A stretch of 64,000 bases of DNA from the NCBI GenBank assembly GCA_026770705.1, contig JANJGN010000026.1, positions 5,952,001-6,016,000 on the forward strand. The letters are read 5' to 3'. This DNA comes from Isurus oxyrinchus (lineage: Eukaryota). Both the position numbers and the translations under genes were made by a program. Each line of letters opens with the position of its first letter. Position 1 is the first letter of the stretch. Below the pieces are notes generated by a model that searched no databases, had not been told where the DNA came from, and was given only the letters and a program-made list of their open reading frames with translations. Shown here in pieces: positions 1 through 12,377 of the stretch.

Positions 1-5
1 GGGCT

Positions 6-929
6 TGAACACTGAGAATTCAAAATTTAGTTCCCTGAAAGAAGGTGGCTATGAGTGTAATAAATGTCGGCTCAAAGTGTATCACACAGCCTTGTTAACA
101 AATAGCATCTTAGGAGAATTGTATGGAGCAGTTAACAGTAGCATCAGAGTTAAAAATGGTCTTCATAACAGTTCATTGATTGCAATTATTTGTTAAATTT
201 ACGAATAAACAAGTGGAGGATAAACGAAAATATCAGTAACACATTTGACTATCATTTATAATTTTGTGCCAATTAGAAAATATGGTGATCTGTAATAGTT
301 ATGCTCAAACTGCCACAAAAAATCCCGTCCACAAATTGTATTCCTTCTCCCACAGTTAGCTCATTCAGTTATCCAACAACAACCCTTCCCAATGTTCTGT
401 TCTTCTCTAAACTATTTGCTGTGCCATTTGAATTATTGCTGGTAGCAATTTGGATATGAGACTTCCTGTTGCTTCATTTTGATCCTTCTAAATGCGGTGA
501 AAAGCTGAAGCCCAAATACAAATCCTGCCAATAAGCTGTCACCTCCTGTCAATTGAACTATATTCAGATTATCCATCAACAAATCAGATGAGCTTTGTAC
601 ATACCACAGCCATCGCGAGTTAAATTTAGGTCGATATCAAAAACATCTAGGCATATAAAACCTGTTTAACTAAGAAATTCATGTTTTAATGACATTATTG
701 AAGTAACAATTAAGCTACATTGTGCATCACGTGTATGATTGCCAAAACGTCCATGAACACAAGACACAAAATTCGCGGGAACACATAAAGCAATCTTGAA
801 TGCTCGGCTGTTAGAGGGCAGCCAAACACCCGTAGAAGTCAGATAGTAAACATCTGAATCTCAAGGCTTCACAGTTAAACAAAGATTGATAAGACCTAAT
901 TCAGGAAAAATATGTAGAATACAATGAAT
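6..929 (+). repeat. Local segmental duplication, copy 1 (copy 2 at 1906-2863)
   Basis: Colinear shared blocks ~1.9 kb apart, e.g. CCTTCTCCCACAGTTAGCTCATTCAGTTATCCAACAACAACCC, CAGCCATCGCGAGTTAAATTTA and AAAAATATGTAG.ATACAATGAAT. Confidence 0.9.
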
Positions 930-953
930 TCAGATTCAGAATGATTCCGTTTC

Positions 954-1124
954 GCATTTTGAATGGTTCAGATAACTGACTGGAAACTTAGCAACCGTAA
1001 ACTGGCTTAATACCAGTGTAATGATAATAACAAGGAGATCCATCACCGCCATGGATGCCAGATACTGTGTATCTCGAGAGACCACATCTTCCTCGGGATA
1101 GGATCACGATAGTCAGAAAGTTAG
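954..1124 (-). pseudogene. GPR139-like GPCR exon-2 5' fragment (TM1-TM2)
   Basis: Acceptor AG (1126-1125), then ANFLTIVILSRGRCGLSRY / frameshift / YLASMAVMDLLVIIITLVLSQ, matching the other copies in the window; truncated near the end of duplication copy 1. Confidence 0.85.
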
Positions 1125-1905
1125 CTATTAGGCAGAGAGAGAGGGAGAGAGAGAGAGAGAAAGAAAGAGAGGAGAGAGAAGGGAAGAATTAATGCTCAAA
1201 CTCCCAGCTGGACCATCAGTTTGGCTGGAGAATAGTATGGCATATGGACCATCAATAATTCATTCACCGCTGGAACTGATTAGTTTACCAGTGTATTAAT
1301 GCTGGTCCTTTTTTTATTTATATTGTCCCAAATAAACTGGAAGTCGGAATATAAATAACACAAAACAATTATTTTCCGATTCATGAAAATTTTATGTAAC
1401 CTAGAAGTTGAATGTATTGAGCTTCACTAACGTGACGAAAGGGCATTGAAAATGGCATAAAAATACAGATGAAAAATCACTACATTTATTCATTTAAAAA
1501 TACGGTAAATAATGTTATGAAACATTAAACCACTTTAATAGTGAAACCAATCGGATGACAGGAAATAAGATATGGGTAATAACGAATTCTTAACAAATAT
1601 CAGAAGGAACCAAGGAACAATGCAAAAGAAAAGTTGAGCCAACACCATTGATTCAATTTGGGTTTTGCCCCTGTGGAAACAAGTCAAAGCTCATCAAAGG
1701 CTTTATTGCAGTTCAGTGATTGCTGTAATGGGAGGTTAGGTCTCGCAGTAGTAGTGAGAATTTTCAACTGTTAAAGCAGAAAGGCCTCGGTTTAGAGCCT
1801 CATCAGAAGGACGACAGAATAGATAGTGTTGAATTTGCTCAGGGTCATGGAGCTAGGCTTCCGACACAAGGTCGGAAGTAGGGCTCAAACACAGGGTTTT
1901 CCGAA

Positions 1906-2863
1906 TGAACAGTGAGATTTCAAAATTAATTTCGGCTAAATAAAGTGGCTATGAGAATAAGGAATTCCGGCTCTGAAGGTTATCACACATACTTGACAAC
2001 AAAGTGCACTTCTAAGGAGAACTCAATGCAGCTGTTAACAGCAGCAACGGAGTTAAATGTGATCTTCATTGCTGTTCATCGTTTGCAATGATTTGTTAAA
2101 GTTACCCATTGCAAAATGAACAACAGTAAACATGTGGAATGAAAGCATAAACATTGAAAACCTTACCATATCATTTATAGTTTCACACTAATTACAAAAT
2201 ATGATGACCTGCAATGTTGAAGCTTAAAGCGCCAGAGAAAAGCACCCTTCGACAAATTCTATTCCTTCTCCCACAGTTAGCTCATTCAGTTATCCAACAA
2301 CAACCCTTTTCAATGTCCTGTTCTTCTCTAAACTATTTACTGTACCACATGACTTATTTTCGGCAGCAATTTGGATACGAAACTTACTGTTGGTTCATTT
2401 TGATCCTTCTAAATGCGATGAAAAGCTGAGGCCCAAATACAAATCCTGAGAATCAGCAATCACCATCTGTCAATTGAACTGTATTCACATTATCTATGAA
2501 CAAATTAATGAGCTTTATACACACCGCAGCCATCGCGAGTTAAATTTACGTCGATATCAAAGTAAATTAACTTCTTGGCATGTAAAATTAATGACCCCTT
2601 TAATGAAGAAATTGTGGTGTAAATTACAATATTGAAGTAAGAATTAAACTACATTTTGCAGCATTTGTATCATTGCCAAAAATCCGATCAGCACAAGACG
2701 TAGAAAGCGCGGGAACACATACAACAATCTTGAATGTCTTGCCACTGGAAGGCAGCCAAAAACGTGTAGAAGCTAGATAGTAAACATTTGATCCTCATGG
2801 ATTCATAGTTAAAGAAAGGTTGAGAAGATCTAATTACGGAAAAATATGTAGCATACAATGAAT
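1906..2863 (+). repeat. Local segmental duplication, copy 2
   Basis: Colinear, diverged match to 6-929. Confidence 0.9.
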
Positions 2864-3648
2864 AATGCCAGATAGCACAGTAAACTACAGAGACAAGACG
2901 CATGCCCCTGTAAAAGCCATTTCCCAGACACAAAACCACAGAGAAATAGCTCAGCCATCTTTGGAATGCAAAGGGTTGAGTTTTGAGAGAATTCCTTTTA
3001 AAAGTTAAGACAAAGGCACACTATACTATTAAGAAATTATACTGGATTTTAAACATAGCTTCTTCAAATAAGTCTTCAAATAAGTATTTGTTTGAATATC
3101 CAGATTGTTCATTAAAGTGGATCTATAATTTTATGCTATCTTACATAGGATTGTTAGGTTTTATGCGATGATGACAGTATTGATATAGATATGAGTTGTA
3201 GCCTCTTACTAAAATCCTCACAAACCCACATATAAGTAACAATATCGTAGAAATGGTAAGTTTGCTTTATACGTGCGGATATTAGTCAACTTTTAAAGAG
3301 GTTTTTTCTTACCATAATATACCTGTAGTAATATTCTAAACTCGCAAAATTCTGCTGATTCGACAACACCGAGAGGTGAAGGTATTTAATTTTGGGACCA
3401 AGTTTATAGCTGGCAAACCTGACTATGTTATTTTAATGATCTAATTTTTTTCTCTCAGATGAAGTTTTAAGCCAACAATAAGTTTGAGTGGGTAGATTTA
3501 CCTTTCTGTATGGTAAAGAGAGTAAAATCAAAAACAGATAGACTTAAAACCTCCTGCCAAATTCTTTATAATCTAATTTACATCATCATTCAAGGTTAAA
3601 ACCTACTTCATTAATTTTTGTTCCTAAAGATGTTATAATCAGAGCTGA

Positions 3649-3687
3649 GGTTTTTGTATGACTGCTGCCACTCCTTACTACACTGTG
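3649..3687 (-). other. Consensus 23-spacer recombination signal sequence (RSS)
   Basis: CACAGTG (3687-3681), 23-nt spacer (3680-3658), ACAAAAACC (3657-3649), directly after the V exon. Confidence 0.97.
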
Positions 3688-3958
3688 TGTACAGCACAGA
3701 AGTAGGTCGCGGTGTTTATGAGACTCAAGGCTGAGATGGTCAGGGATCTGCCTTTCTCCAAACTTCGAATGACGGCTCTAAATCGACCTGAATGTTCACT
3801 GCTTGTCAACGCCATTAACAGCAGATTTGGGCTCTGGCTTGGAGGCTGAACGCACCAATGTATCACAGGGAATGGAATGGTTTTGCGGAAGTGTATCGAT
3901 ATCATTTTCTGTTCACCCGGAGTCTATGATGGTTAAGCTTGTATAACATCTCTTTTAC
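3688..3958 (-). pseudogene. T-cell receptor V segment pseudogene (alpha/delta-like)
   Basis: Phase-1 acceptor, then GKRDVIQA*PS*TPGEQKMISIHFRK..IHWCVQPPSQSPNLLL..GRF..SLTISALSLINTATYFCAVH. Two in-frame stops; first Cys position reads TTC; abuts a perfect RSS. Confidence 0.9.
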
Positions 3959-6900
3959 CTGTAACACACAAAGAGACCACGGGAGCAAAGCCATCAGCTC
4001 CAATCAGTCCCAACGTGTATCTCGGAACATAGGGGCAGGTTTTGGACTTTCAACTCTTCAGCCCTGTTCCAAATTCACATAGTTCTCATTTCGTCTGATG
4101 CCTAAATCTATTTGCTCTCCTTAGCCCAATACCCCGTGATGTAATTGTCCTTAGCTAAGGGACACCCTGGAAATATAGCGAAAGAAATACAAAACAAATG
4201 TGTTTGTGTGTGTGTGTGTAGTCATTCATTTTTATTTGAAATAATAAGGAAGTAAGATACCCCTTGATAAAATAGAGTCACGAGGGGCAGTTCCATCCTA
4301 TAGGAAAGGAAGAAACACCCAGTGCATCGCCCTGAAATACAGCCCAGATGTTTTTGCTGGCAGATTAGCAGCCGAGGTTTTATATATCAGTGCGATTCGA
4401 CCCGCATCACAATAAGAGACTAGTGTTTCAGTTAAAATCAATTATAGATATTATTTCAATGATAATTTGCTCATTGATCTGCTGACACTGCTGGAACAAT
4501 TGCTCAGAACTGTTCGATTTCTAAACATTCGGCTTTTTGAAAAAAATGTCTTTATTTAAAACATCACTTAGTGGATATCGGATATTTTTGTACATTTTGG
4601 AAAACCAGCGTGAAATTTTGAATGCTGATCTGCTTTATACTAAATGAAGTTTCTAAAAGATGTCTTACAGTATTGTTCACCATCTCTGGGGATTTAAGAA
4701 CAAAATGTGTTTCAGGCACTTTTTACGGCAGCCAGTGTGACAATAGCAAGAAGTGCCTTTCATGTTTAAGCTATTACGAGTGACGATCCACAGATGAGTC
4801 AAGATTAGCACATTCTTCCAAACGCTGATTAACAGGCAGTGAATTGTTGGTCTGGGGGCTCAAGCAGATATCGGGCCACATTTAATGTCAACTAGTATCT
4901 GCTTCCATTTTAAAAAAATGCAAACACTTATATTTTGTTTGTTATTATTAGTGGTTAGAATGCAACCAAACTAGGACTTTTAAAACACGTATTTTTTTTT
5001 GTTTTGCTTTTCAAACGGGCAGTTTCTCTGCAATGATGAGGGCTTGCGAGCACAAATCCACAGAGTTACAGCCACCCTCATGGTCCGGAGGTGTATTTAC
5101 ATAATTTTATCTTTTAATTATACGAATAAGTCGTATAAATGTTCACGCAATAATGACAGAAAAATGTCACATATTTAACATTCAATCAGCTCACATTCGG
5201 CACTGAGCATGGAGACGTAGTCTCGTTGCCTGTAATTTATGTGCCATGTGGGAAGTCCAAGACGATTGGTGCATCCTCTTTCTAAAAATAAGCAGGAAGT
5301 ACCTCCAATTGTTCGTTGTCCAGCACAGGCTCTCTGAACTTACAGAATCACTGCGATCCCTGCAGGTCATATGGAAGGCTGAGAATCATCTGGTCCGCAC
5401 GTTGGGATAGTTTCAATTGGTTTTCGCGCCATAACATCTAAGTTTGCAGATGATTGGAAACCATGTAATCCACTAATGACATGGAAAATAATTAACACAT
5501 TCTGGTGATATAGGCAGACACATAACAGGTAACACTTACATCGGAGAAGTATTAAATTATCCACTTTCGTAGGCATACTGAGGAAAGGTAATATGGATTA
5601 AATGCGTGATTTTATCAGGGGCCAAGAGCTCCTGGGATTTTATGGAACCAAAATTTGAAGGTCGCAGGATGAACAGAGATGGCTGCTCAAATACATACAG
5701 GATCATCGTTTTCCTAATAGAGGAATACGTACAAGAGGAAGGATTTTCATATAAGCCTTTGTCAAATACTGGTTACTCGTCCAGATTTAGGATTTGTGGT
5801 TGTATTAATAGATTACGTGCTAAATAAAAGATCGGCCATTTTGCACTGAGGTGTCATTAAAAATTCACACTCAGAGATTCAAGACAGAAATCGAGAAATC
5901 AAAGAAATCAATGAGAATCAAATAAATGTCGCAGAGAATTTCAGTCAATAATTTTAGTCAGGCTTCTAGCAAATGCCAAAGGAGCCAGGAGTATCAGAAT
6001 CACCTGATCTTGCTTCTTTATCGTATCTATTTTATCCAAATGAATAGGATAGAAAAAATATTAATTCTAACTTTATCTGCTCGTTTTCATCGTCTAGAAT
6101 AGAACCGAGGTGGTGATGTGTGGGATATGTTTCATGTTGATGCCTTTGCGAGACATGTGACAAACATGACAGACATTTCCTTTTATCGATGTGTTGTAAT
6201 TTTAGTGAATGGTCCCTCTATGTTAAATTTATACGTTATCTGACAATTTAATAAGGTTCAAGGCCATACGTTCACCTTCATAATCATTACCCGTACATAG
6301 AGAAATACTATTGATAACAGTTTCTCGTATAGATTTCCAAAGGACTTTATGCAGATTTAAAATGAATTACCTATGGATGTAGGTATAGGAGAAACAAGCT
6401 GCATATGAAAACATATTTCATGATGTTTTAACATAATGCGATGTATATTTATGGGTTTCAACCTTATTGCCAATGTTTGTGATGTTTCATTAAATTCGAT
6501 TTTCCACCTGGTTGAAAGCCGTCTCCAGCTGTTTCTGAGTGTTTTGATGAACATTAACGCATCATTAACAGTGTTAACGGTATGAATTTTAGAATAGCTC
6601 TAAAATTAGTCATCTGTTTGGCACTGACAGTTTTGTTCTGAGCTCAGGTGTAGTCTCTATGCTTTGAACGTTTGAAGTTGCAGAAGGATTTTATTGATAT
6701 TTTACATTAAATAGAGCGTTTCGGGCAACACAAGCTCCTGGGGAATTCCTATTACAGATCCCTGGTTGAAGAGAAACGGCTGATTCGTGCCTGCCCTAAC
6801 ACCAACTTTTTGATCTTTACTTTCTCTCATATTACATGTCACCTGTTCCGGGACATTACTTCACCAGGTATAGCTCCAGAAATATCAGTTTTAGCAAGGA

Positions 6901-7510
6901 TCACTCCCCAAACATTGCCCTTGGCTGAACTACCAATCTAATCATGCAACGGAAGACAATTACAGCACCAAACAGGGAGTCCCCACATTTCTAATGCCAC
7001 CGGCCTCGATGGAGGCATTTTCTGAAGGTATACCGTATAGACCAGGAGGTTAGCAAGAGAAATGAAGACTAGCTCTACCAGTAAGCAAAGTGAACTCCCA
7101 AGCAAGGAAATCTAACCTTGATGAACTGATCTCCCTTCACTGCTTGGAAATGCTTTCAATTAAACTGTGTACTACTCACAGAAACTCACTTCATCGACAA
7201 CGTTTTTAAAAAGAAAAAAAACGTTATAATGTAAACCTACTCCTTGCTGAATTCTTTATTTACTCTTTTACTGGAGATGCACCAGAGAAATATGACTTTC
7301 ATGTCTGGATTGATAACTGGAAATTAAAACGAACTCAAACCATTCTATAGGCCATGTTGGTACATTTGAAGCTTTGGTACAGTTTGCAAATATTTACCTG
7401 AACCTCTACATTATATCTGTCCTGTGACCCTGACAACACACCGTATACTTCTCACTACCAGGCTCCAGAGTCGCAATGAGAGCTTACCTACAAGTCACAA
7501 GGGCCTAGCT

Positions 7511-7549
7511 AGTTATTCTACGAGTTTCGGGCTGGTTCCTATCTCTGTG
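7511..7549 (-). other. Degenerate 23-spacer RSS
   Basis: CACAGAG (7549-7543), 23 nt, AGAATAACT (7519-7511). Confidence 0.8.
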
Positions 7550-8002
7550 AGAGTCAATACGCAGTAATACATCGGCTCCGTCAGAGAGCCGCAGTTTGGA
7601 AAATTTTAAGGTAATAGTGGCATTCGTAGTGACCAGTCCAAAGGAGAAAATGCTTCGAGCAAAAACTGCTCTCATTTGGTAATCAGCCGAGAACCTGCAA
7701 AGGAGAATTTGTAATTTTTTGCCAGGGTATTGCAGGACCCAGAATTATCTGAAGGAACTCTTGGCACTGAAATAGAAGCAGTCTGAAGTTGTAATGCCTC
7801 CTTTCTTCAAAATCACTGTCAGGAGGCGTTGTGTCACAGAGATTTCGTGAGTCAGGCCTGCATTAAATGCAAAATAAAGTCAAAAACTAACCAATTTTAA
7901 AGTGCTGGTACGTTTGGTTCAAAATTACTTCCCAGAATAATTACCCGTAATAACTGCTCCAAACACAGCACTGAAAATGACTAAGCACACTGCCGCTTTC
8001 AT
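7550..8002 (-). pseudogene. T-cell receptor V gene pseudogene (leader exon 8002-7945, V exon 7857-7550)
   Basis: Leader MKAAVCLVIFSAVFGAVIT with phase-1 GTAATT donor and an 87-nt intron. V reads GLTHEISVTQRLLTVILKKGGITTSDCFY..FR*FWVLQYPGKKLQILL..ITLKFSKLRLSDGA / +1 frameshift / MYYCVLT, then the RSS. Confidence 0.92.
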
Positions 8003-9159
8003 TGACGTGTATTAACTTAGGAACTTATAGAAACTGGCACAAATTGATCTCTGAAACTATCCGCATTGAGGGTCGATGTTCCCTTTTTATGCTCCCACTG
8101 ATATGTCGTGATGTTGTCTTTGGGGTAAACCACGGCTACGAGTCTCCAGACAATGAGAAAGGAAATGTTCCAATCGCACAAGCTGCAAGCATTAAAAGAA
8201 CCAAACAGGATAAGGATTGCATTCAGAGGGAAGCAATATATTTTTATAGTATCAAGCTTAGATTATTCACTCTTGACGTATTTGTGAACTTGTTGCAATC
8301 ACTAACAGTTGGAAATAACGACTGAATTTCACCAAGTACATTGAAGTTTACCAACGTCTTATATATAATGTAGCGTGTCACAGAACGTGGCAGAAGTTAG
8401 TCACTTCCGGGGAATATTCTACAAATATTGAAACTTTCTTTTTTGGTTTTAGTTCCATTAAAGGCACCCAGATATTAGAGTCCTGCATGAATTTCACAAA
8501 AATAATCAAGGGACATATAAATAAAAGGTTTCCCCTGTGGACAGTTCTGTTACATTATTAGTTACCAATTGCTCATCAAAACGGTACTTTGTATTTTACT
8601 TCCTTCTGTGACATTAACATGTGCAATAATTTGCATTGTCAATGAAATGCTAACTGTATCGCGTTTGCCCTGCCAAAGCTTCCAAGAGAGATAAAACACA
8701 CGTTGTCATTTTTAATCGTTGAGGTTATGTTAAAACCACCTCGTGAGGTGAACCTTCTCGCTGCTGCTGTAACCTGGGAGTGACAGTTGCGGTACAAGGT
8801 GCGTCAGAACGAGACAGGTGCACTTCCGGCTCTAACGGCGGCTCCTCATCTCCAACTGAATCGAAACAGATAAAAAGGCTGAACGGAAAGTAGGGCAATT
8901 GTATGACGAAATTATTCATAGAAAATGGTTCAGCATTTGAAAACACTGGTGACACCACATTTTCATTCTCCAAGTGCATTTCTGGGGACATGATTATAGA
9001 ATTAAATTTGAATAAAAAAATAAAGGACATGAATTAAGATCGAAACAGACAAGGGGGTGGGGAGAATGTTTTCATGGAATACACGAAACTAAGGCAGCTC
9101 TTTACGTACTTTGCGTGTAAAGTAACGCCATGCAACATCACCTCTTAGAGAGCAGACAA

Positions 9160-9520
9160 TGGCTTAGTAGCAATGTCACTCGAATAATTATTCAGAGACT
9201 CAGGCTCATCTTCGGAGGATGCATATTCAAATACCTCCACAGAAAGGTGATAAAATTAACTTAACAAGATCTGAATAGAGAATTCGTTTCAATGATCGTG
9301 CCTGTGAATTATCGCAAAAACACGTGTGGTTCAGTCATATCCTTCAGGGAAGGAAATCTGTTGCCCTTACCTGGCCTGGCCTCTATGTGACTCCAAATTG
9401 ATTGTTAACTGCCCTCTGATGAAGCACCCTAACAAACGATTCTGCTCAGTGACACTTAGGCATGGATAGCTTATGCTGGTCTTGCCAGCGACACCGACAT
9501 CCTATGAAAGAAATAAAAGA
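9160..9520 (+). mobile_element. tRNA-derived SINE with LINE-derived 3' tail
   Basis: Central GGGAAGGAAATCTG..CCTTACCTGG.CTGGCC..TGTGACTCC block; tail ATGCTGGTCTTGCCAGCGACACCGACATCC resembles the LINE end at ~30950-31010. Confidence 0.7.
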
Positions 9521-9839
9521 AATTTAAGAAGCACGACAGGAAACTTTAGCCCAGCAAGCTCCCAAAAAGCAGCAATGTGATCCTGACAATGTCACCCATT
9601 TTTATTATATTGGTTGAGGATAAATGTTAACCAACAGATCAGGCAGATCTTTATTTTCATCCCTTCCATCCTACTCACCTTCCTAACTTCATCCTTCCTC
9701 GGCCCCTTCCTAATTTCGTTCTTCCAATCCAGCATTGATATCTCCATTCCTCCCATCGCAATCCTTCAATATGTAACGTGAAGTTTTCACTGTCACAACT
9801 GAATGTTGTATCCTCACAGGTGATACACCACAACTGCTC

Positions 9840-10019
9840 TGTTATTGGGCAGACTCCGTGTGACTTTAACACTGTCTATTCCTGAGCACACAGGTATACC
9901 GCAGAGTACCCAATTATAGACTTGTGAATATCAAATGCAGTTGGCCATTTTATACAACAGATATTGATGTGGAATCTGCAGACCGTGTAATCGCTGCCAA
10001 ATGGCGGGATGAGCCACAT
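9840..10019 (-). pseudogene. Internally deleted TCR V relic with degenerate RSS
   Basis: FR1-like AAITRSADSTSISVV*NG joined directly to FR3 QLHLIFTSL*LG / frameshift / SAVYLCAQE, then GACAGTG (9876-9870), 21 nt, CCAATAACA. Confidence 0.65.
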
Positions 10020-10590
10020 TTGCATTAAACGAAAACAAAAATAAAAATACATGGAAAAAACTCAAAAGTTCTGACAGTTTCTGCGGGGAGAAACACAGTT
10101 TTCGTTTCGAGTCCATATGACTCTTGAACAGATCGTGCCTGCTGTCCAAATAAACCCATGTAAATGGACATAGTTTCTTCATCGTTGCCCCTCATCTCAT
10201 TGTGTTTATTTCGCGATCTTAGGACTTCCGAATGTTGACAACACATCCCATCATCAAAGTTATGTTCAGACGGAGTCTGCCGCTCTGCCGGCTTGAAGTA
10301 GTGATTCAGGGCACTGGGAGACGTGCTTCTGGAAAAATGCCATCCCTTATGTGTAACGGAGGAAGCAAACGGAGCTTCAGTTTAACAATACATTCGAAAG
10401 GTCTCATAGTCCTGCACCGAAAGGACAGTCTACATTATATGCGCAATCTCCGGACTGGGACTTAAAATAGCATTTTCTGATTCTGAGGCCAGAGTGCTAC
10501 CGCTGATCCACAAATCTGTAAATGAATGCCCGAAGTGCGATGCCTGATTGAAGCGGGGAATTCAGAGAATTCACAACAACTGGAGATGAT

Positions 10591-10629
10591 AGTTTTTGTA
10601 CTAGTGGTAAGGGGTTATGTAACGTGGTG
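10591..10629 (-). other. 23-spacer RSS with non-canonical heptamer
   Basis: CACCACG (10629-10623), 23 nt, ACAAAAACT (10599-10591). Confidence 0.8.
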
Positions 10630-10937
10630 CTTCATAGCCGCGCAGTAATACAAGGCTGAGTCAGAAAGCTGGGTGTCTGTGATCGTCAAAGGGATGTTTG
10701 TCTTCCTCCTGTTCTGTACGGCCGAAAAGCGCTTTACAAAAGCTGGTGCATTCTCTTCATTCCCAGCCGTGTGTCTGAGCAGCACATACTGAAGGCCTTT
10801 TCCCGAGTACTGTACGTACCAGAATAGGTAAGCAGCTGTGTATGTCACTGGGTAGATACAGGACAACACCGCAGTATCTCCTTCACTCACTACTACAATT
10901 GAGGGTATTTGGGAAAGTCTGTCCTGTTGGCTGTATT
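10630..10937 (-). CDS. T-cell receptor V exon (alpha/delta-like), open reading frame; leader exon not identified
   Basis: TTTTCCAG acceptor, then EYSQQDRLSQIPSIVVVSEGDTAVLSCIY..YLFWYVQYSGKGLQYVL..RFSA..PLTITDTQLSDSALYYCAAMK; both Cys, the Trp and DxAxYYC are intact. Confidence 0.92.
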
Positions 10938-11322
10938 CTGGAAAACAATAACAGAATGTTATCAAGGCAACTTTTCGATTTTTTGTTTCATTTGGATGAA
11001 AGAGGCATTTCAGTGCACACGCACACGCGTGCGCACACGGGCTCACGTTAAATCATTCCCTTCAATACGACGGTCGAATGCATTTCGAGTGTGAACAACA
11101 ACAAAAAAAACCACGGAGCTCCTGCGATTTCGCCCCTCAGTTAACTGAATCCAGGCCATCATCGTGCAATTTCCTTCTGGATGTATTCATCAGCCAAGGC
11201 TACCGTTTGCGCAGGAAATAGAGAAGCTCTTCTCCGGCCCGTTGAGACAGTGACAGATCAGCTTGTGGCTAATGTAGATACTGTACGCTCACTCACTGAG
11301 CGGTGAGCGAAGCCGAGGAAGC

Positions 11323-11335
11323 TGACGTCACCAAT
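11323..11335. promoter_or_regulatory. Perfect CRE (TGACGTCA) with adjacent CCAAT, candidate V-gene promoter element
   Basis: TGACGTCA at 11323-11330 and CCAAT at 11331-11335, ~390 bp upstream of the open V exon; CRE-type motifs are established TCR V promoter elements. Confidence 0.5.
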
Positions 11336-12328
11336 GGAGTGAAGAAAGATTGGAGGAAAATAACAATACAATAAACAAAATAAAAGCGTTACAATTGCAT
11401 GAAATACTTACTTGCTTGAACATTGATGAGAAAAATGCACACTTTGGTGAATGTTATTGTGGTCCACGAGACACAATGGCGATCAGTAAACATGTTGATT
11501 TCGTATTCTGTATGACAATTCCATACAGTACAGAAGTAAGCGGTGTATATTCAAGATATTTGCAACCTCCTACTACCGCGTTTCACATGAGCACAAATTC
11601 GAGATTTCTAAGCAACATGGCAATCGCAAATGTCAGTTTACTCTTTTTGACGTCTTATAGCAGCTAATGGGTGCGATGCTGGGAGGGGTGGGGCAGACAA
11701 ACAAAGTCAACGAATCAAAGTTTTTAAAAAAGTTCCAAATTCATAACTATAGCCCCGCCACAGAGTTGATGGACATCAAAGGTCATTGTTACTTGACAGA
11801 TACAATTGATTGTTATAATGTCATTCAATCCATTCTTTTACCGACGCAAGTGTCTATTGTTATGTGTTTGGAATCGATGACTTTTTAAATTTAATGGCGG
11901 TAAATGGTTATTCTTATTCAACAGCCAATACTAATCAATGCTATGAATGGATACCAATGAGCATCGTTTTGTGATGGACACCAATAGCCACTCATATATA
12001 ACAATCAGCACTTTTCAGCGTTACTCAATGCAGAAATAATACATTTTGTTTTTTGGTCGGACAGAGCTTGAGTATGTCTGAGAAAGAGACAGGACTAAAC
12101 TTATCGCCCTGCAATCATCAGGACACTCGGAAGAATGAAAACATAAAGGGGTGGGGGGACAATTTATGGTGTATGTGAGGAGAGCGCTGATTGGTTGGCA
12201 TGTGGCATTGCCATGAAGAATGCATCGCCGATGGTGATTGACAGTTAACTGCCAAGCATTGTTTGAAATTTAAAACAGGCAGCTCGAACCTGATTGGTCA
12301 AGGCTGACACATTCATGATGATGATGAA

Positions 12329-12377
12329 AAGAAGAAGAAGAAGAAGAAGAAGAAGAAGAAGAAGAAGAAGAAGAAGA
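12329..12377 (+). repeat. (GAA)n microsatellite
   Basis: Uninterrupted GAA run. Confidence 0.98.

Noticed and set aside
4261-4327. Candidate leader exon for the 3.7 kb V pseudogene (MHWVFLPFL*..)
   Set aside because: In-frame stop, weak donor and poor hydrophobic core; cannot be supported.
5119-5137. TATACGA-ATAAG-TCGTATA palindrome reminiscent of loxP arms
   Set aside because: Arms are only 7 bp, in the wrong order and spacing; expected by chance in AT-rich DNA.
8725-8855. DEEPPLEPEVHL.. as the start of a TCR constant domain or a terminal exon
   Set aside because: No C1-set Cys/Trp pattern, stops after ~43 codons, and no linked upstream exon.
9675-9872. ORF with FTLHIEGLRWEEWRYQC resembling an Ig E-F strand
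   Set aside because: Lies downstream of the RSS-like signal, lacks the first Cys/Trp context and runs into purine-rich low complexity; likely coincidence.
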